Below are positions 56,782-64,000 of a stretch of 64,000 nucleotides of DNA, piece after piece (position 1 is the first letter of the stretch; each line of letters opens with the position of its first letter). Source of the stretch: the human T2T-CHM13v2.0 reference genome, Homo sapiens; the NCBI RefSeq assembly GCF_009914755.1, contig NC_060936.1; one strand, written 5' to 3'. The position numbers and the translations under genes were made by a program. The notes under the pieces were generated by a model, which was given only the letters and a program-made list of their open reading frames with translations, had not been told where the DNA came from and did no database searches.

Positions 56782-57728
56782 AGAATAAAGAGCAAAAATA
56801 GACATTGGCTCATAGAGGTATGGTCAAATTGTGCATTTATGGGCTTCATATGTTTTGCAAAGTATTTATGGTCAGGGTTAGAAATGGAGTCAAAATTACA
56901 AATCAATGAGCTGTAATTTGAGGGGCTGCTGGAAGATTCCATCTGCTCAAAATTTTCACTTCAATTTATTACACATTGCCTGAGACTACTATAGAATGAA
57001 AATGTCTCATAAGATGTAGACCAGTAAGTCACTATTCTCTCATGGAAATCTCTTTATTCAGGTGTTTTGGTCTTCATGATATCTAGAAGAGGATTTTAAA
57101 GAAAAAGCAGTTTGGGAAGATCAAGGGTAATTTGGACATAGAATGGAAGAATTGGGTGGAATCCTGGAAGGAACAGAATACAGAGACTCAGAAAGGGAGG
57201 ATGGCCGAGAATACACATTGCCTCTTTATGCATTGCTTTTGGTCAAACTTATTTGTACAATGGCATTAAATTGTCCAATAATATAAATGTGTACACTTTC
57301 TACATCATAGAATAATGTAAAGATATTTTCTGTGTTCAGTCTAAACTACAGCTATGAAGAGAAGTTCTTCAATTATGACAATCTAATTTTATGAAATGTG
57401 AGAAAAGATCAACTATTTTTTGAAACCTTAAGCCAAAAAATTTAAAGAAAGAATAAAAAGCTATATTTATATTTGGGATAAAGAATATTAGAAATAGGTT
57501 GAAATAATATGAAAGAAATGTAACATTTTTTATGAAAGCATACTGGCTGTGCGCAGAAATGTATGGAGGGGTGAGTTTATTTATGCATACATCAACAACA
57601 AGGCTTGGCATTTATAATTTAATCCATAATAATGACTTGCTTAAAAATAATCACTAGACACCACTCTGTTCTATTGTCTTGGCAGAAAATGATACTCAAT
57701 AGTCTGGGAAAAGACTGAGAGTGATTCC

Positions 57729-58504
<776 letters not shown>

Positions 58505-58667
58505 TCTCCAAAGTAAATGTGAATGCAAAAAGATTAATGAAGAAAAAATACTAGACTGGTTGTCCATATAGGACGATGTCCTCCAAGAAAGGAGATGTGC
58601 TTCTTTCAAGAGATACATTTGTCAATATTGCCCATATAAATGCAAAACATGTTGAAAGGGATCACTG

Positions 58668-59001
<334 letters not shown>

Positions 59002-59025
59002 GCGATCACTCTTTTATTGCCTTGA

Positions 59026-59440
<415 letters not shown>

Positions 59441-60540
59441 GAAACCTATGTATTTATTAAGTGAGGGAAGTATTTGTTGACATGTTTGATTTCTGTGGTT
59501 AATGTGTAGAATTCCAAATGCTGGTAGAAAGATCAACCTTAACATTCCAGGAAGTTCTCACCTATTTAATAAGCATTTAATGAGCATCACTGTATACAAG
59601 GCATGGTGTTGGATGTTGCAGAAAATGCAAAGGAAAGGCTGTATTGAACATATGACACTTTAACCTAACATGGAGAACAGAGAACACAGAAAGTGGTATA
59701 AAACCTGAACAGTCTGGAATTATCAATTGGAATCCATACAAGTGAATGGTAACAACAGCAGACAGCAAGGATTTCCCTAGAAAATGGATTAGGCTTGCAA
59801 AACATACCACAGAGAGCTACGTTTTTCTGCATTTGTAGAAACAAATAATTTGTGCTGCCAGAGGAAGACAGTGGAAATTAATGCCAGAACTCAGGTTTAA
59901 TTTTCTCTCAAATAAAAAATAATAATTATAATATTCATGAAAAACATGTGTCATGCCCTGTAGAGGCTCAGCCAATTATTCATTTATTCATAATTTTGTG
60001 TCTCTGGTATCAGACACATGGTGGGGAAGCAGCAAGAGGTGCCAGGATTCTGCATGAAATTAGATGGCAAGCCATGGAGCCGTCTCCCTCCCAGCTCACA
60101 TTTATATAAATAACTCCTCCCACCTTCCAGGCAGGATTTGAATGAATGCAGAGGAAGGAAATTAAATCACTCTATCCATCAATATCAAGGCAGGGTTGCC
60201 AATAAATGCATCCAACAGAAAGCATTTTAAAATGCTCTTTTAGCCTGTAGAAAGTTGCCGCTATGGAAAAGACATGGACTTCATACGACCATAATTTATT
60301 GAAATGTCCTCTCATCTCTTAATTTATTGGTAGATTAGAGCGTAATGTTAATAAAATTAAGGTCATAGGGCATAATCCTTTTTCAGACCTTTTTTTGGGT
60401 GTGCATTTCTCATCCTTGGGTAGAACCCTTTCCTCTAAAGCCCAATTAAAAAAAAAGTCAAGTGAAACCAAACATTTTGGGGGCTTATCTCCTTTTCCCT
60501 TAAGTTTTGCTTTCTTTGCCTTTCCCTCAGCAACACAAAG

Positions 60541-60584
60541 TTCTCTCTCTCTCTTTTCTCTTCTCTCTTGCTGTCTCTCTCTCT

Positions 60585-60622
<38 letters not shown>
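60541..60622. repeat. Compound (CT)n/(CA)n microsatellite
   Basis: Imperfect CT tract followed by ~18 CA units. Confidence 0.95.
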
Positions 60623-60626
<4 letters not shown>

Positions 60627-62469
60627 TGTCGTTTTTCTTTCTGAAATAACACGACTGGTTCTACAAGATTACCCAGCAGTTTAAGACTGCCTTTTAGTTA
60701 AACTAGAATAAGAGTGAAACAAAAGAGATTGATCAAAGAAAGGATGGCAGGCTCCTGAAACACATTGACCCACAGTACGGCAGAGCAGTGACAGAAATAT
60801 CTGCTCTGTAGAAACCTGGACACTGCTGTCAAGTGACATGGAAGCATCCAGCCTAGCTGACCACTGTATCTCATGGAAAGTAGAGCAAGTGATTAGAAGT
60901 AAAACTGCCCTGAATCGAATTCTGAAACAGTGTCAGAATTATCAGCTCCTCCTCTATATTCCCAGAGTGCCCTACACTTATTTTTTGTTACTGTGTGTTT
61001 TTTTTGTTTTGTTTTGTTTTTTAACAACTTGTACTTATTATGTTCCTCTCCTAACTCTCTTGGCTTAGCTTGGAGCTCCCTCTCCCTTCCTTACAGTTCC
61101 TGCAGTGTGGGGCAGCAAGAAAGATGGCCTAGTTCTCTGGAAGAGAACAAAGGGCTGACCTTGCTTAGGGAGGTGGCAGCTGCCTGCCAAGGGACAGGTC
61201 CTTGTCTGAGAGAGTTAGGAGCACACGGAGGATTCAGAGGCAGGAAGGCAGGGCCAGCAGCAGCCAAGAGAGGGCCAGTGAGGGCCGAACTAGATAGAAA
61301 GGGGCTGCTCCTGGGTCTTGTAAGCGGGATGTGCTACTCGGCCTGTGGGCCCTACTTCAACTGTCTAAGGGGCCATAGTGGTGGGTAGTGAGGCTCTGAG
61401 GAGGGGCAAGTAGTGGTGGCAATTGAGCAGTGAGGGAGACACAAGGGGAAGGTATGAGTCAGGGTTCTTCTCAGCCTGGGAAAAGAAACCCCTCCTTCCT
61501 CAACAACGGTTCACAGAACCCTTAGCATTGATACACTACTCTGGGCCAGAGGTCCCAACGTTAGACAGACTTATTGGGAAACCGCCCCAGGTTAGGCGCT
61601 CTTCTTCTGTGTCCTTGGAACATCGCTTAGTCCTTACACAGCAGCTCAGCATGCTGTGTTGTAGTTGCGTAATTATAAACCTTTTAATAGAGGGGCTGTA
61701 TTGTATTCGCTCTTATGTCCTTAAAGCCTAGCATGGCACCTACCATATAGTAATCACTTAACAAATACTTTTCTTTTTTGGTAAATGCTTCTCAAGTAGA
61801 AACAAATACTTTTTCAATCAGAGGAATACATAATTTTGAGCAGGACAATCCTTTAATTTTTTTTTAAAATGTAAGAAATAATCATACTATAAAATTTGTC
61901 ATCTCCATCAAGAAACCATGGTAGCTAAAGGCTACTGTGAAGGAATTAAATAAAATTGTATTTGATTGTCTCAAAAGGGCATTAACATACATGTGAAAAT
62001 ACCATCCCACCTACATTTCAGCCTGGATTACAGACAATGCTTGGTTCCCAAATGGATCAGCATTCTCTTGAATGACCCTGATTTTAGTAGTTGCCTGTAC
62101 AGGGAGAAGCCACAGTGTGTCTGGTGGTGTCAGCTGCTGGTTCGTGTTGCTTTCCTTATCCTTCCAGTGCTAGAGAGCAAATATTTGGCTATGCCTTTGT
62201 CGGGATGGGGTTGGTGGGGGCGGAGGGATATCTGTGTAAGAGTAAAGATGAAAAAAATCACCATTCCTTCGGGACTAAACAAAGCTGACTCTCACATACT
62301 GCTTTGACAGTGGGCTTGCTAGAATTAACAATCATGAACATCTTAAGTGCTTATTAAGATTTCATGGACTATTCTAAGTGCTTTACATACTCCTCACAGT
62401 AACCCTGCTAGGTAGGCAATATCGTTGCTCCATGTACAGTCAAGAAAGCTGAGTAGAAATCTTAAGTTA

Positions 62470-62778
<309 letters not shown>

Positions 62779-63169
62779 AAATGTTAAGTTACTTGTCAAA
62801 ATTCACTTACAGAGTAAGTGACGGAGGCAGGATTGCAATCCAGACAGCCTGGCCCAAGAGTGCCCACTCACAATCACTACACAATCCTGCTGCATGTGCA
62901 AACTGCATCCAAATCCAAACACATACCTCTTGATACCACAGAGCCAGAATCAGCCCTCTACCACCCAAAATGTGGATTTAGTGCTAATGGAGAAAAGAGG
63001 CCTGGGCCTGCCTTAAAGCATTTAGAGATGGAGTCATCTGGTCTTTTCTCAAATCCCTTTCCCTCTATTAGACCTCCTCAAGGCCTGGGTTGGAATTACT
63101 CTCCCACTCATTCCTCAGTGTTACCTCTCTAATATCCTTGTTACAGACTCTGTTGCACGGTGCTCCCTT

Positions 63170-63300
63170 GTGGGCTCCCTGTCGCCTCATTGGATGTTTA
63201 CTTCTAAAGGGCAGGAAGTGTGTCTTTACCATCTTATATCGCCCTCAGTTATCTAGCACTGTGCCTGGTATGAAAAAAGTCTTCAATAAATTGGGGGAAG
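63170..63300 (+). mobile_element. L2 3' end fragment
   Basis: AAGGGCAGGAAGTGTGTC..TCTAGCACTGTGCCTGGTA..TTCAATAAAT. Confidence 0.7.
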
Positions 63301-64000
63301 AAGCAATGGATATAAAATAACAACGTAAGGCAAAGTGGCTCCCACGTTACAGCTGGTATTGTAGCAATCCTGCTATTTTTGGGCTAGAAAACATATCACA
63401 ACTCTTTTTATAACATATTTTTAAGCTTTTATAAGTCTTCATCTCATGATTCATATAAATTGATTATTGATCTTTTCAGAAACTAAATTTCTCTATGACA
63501 GGGGATTTTAAACATTTTTAATATAAGACTTTCTGGAGTTCTGAGTGAGCCTCTGCTAGAGAAGGAGGAATGGAGAGAGGGAAAGAAGAAGGGAGAGAAA
63601 GAAGGAGGATAGGGAGGGGTAGGAAAGCAAGAGAAATATCAGTGTTATCAAAATCCTAGATTATTACTGAGAAGAAAGCTGAAATTTTGTTAACACCTTT
63701 CCTCCAATTAATCCGGAAATGGAATAGTGCTAATAGGGTGTGGAGAGAAGCAGTGAGGTGCAAATGGAACGGTGATAGTGGGAAAGGTGAGAAGAGGGTG
63801 GGAAGGGCTGGGCATTTACACCCATCTCATTGCGGCCCAGTGACAGAGATGGGGCTCATGCTGAGCACAACTTGTGCTAATGAGCACTGCTGCCTTATCT
63901 GCTCCCAACCCCTTCTGGGAACTCCTTGAAATTGCTACTCAATAGCACTTAGGAAACACTTGCTATAAATCATATAGAACCAAGAATCCAGCCCCATGAC

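Noticed and set aside
61090-61500. GC-richer segment with a 152-aa ORF
   Set aside because: Non-ATG start and no motif; it may be an old LTR, but I cannot assign a family.

Overview
Primate (most likely human or great-ape) non-coding genomic DNA. It is AT-rich and dominated by interspersed repeats, and I find no supportable host protein-coding gene, tRNA, rRNA or CRISPR array. Main contents: a full-length but inactivated L1PA3/L1PA4-type LINE-1 (2460-8620) with target-site duplications (TSDs) and an open antisense ORF0; about 15 Alu copies; solo LTRs (MER52, MER11, MLT2, MER31, MLT1); a full-length decayed Hsmar2 mariner transposon; and MER58, MER91, L2, MIR and old L1 fragments. Splice and poly(A) signals suggest the last two exons of a + strand non-coding transcript at about 10876-11235. 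Several repeat-poor stretches look enhancer-like. The most unusual structure is a MER11 (HERV-K11-type) solo LTR that lacks about 30 bp of its 5' end and is flanked by a ~1.07-kb direct duplication of host DNA instead of a ~6-bp TSD, consistent with single-ended aberrant retroviral integration. Also notable are a ~490-bp GC-rich foreign segment inside a MER58B transposon and several small fold-back insertions. Repeat family and subfamily names come from my recall of consensus sequences, not from a search, and boundaries of old repeats are approximate. I do not see evidence for a new multi-gene biological system.
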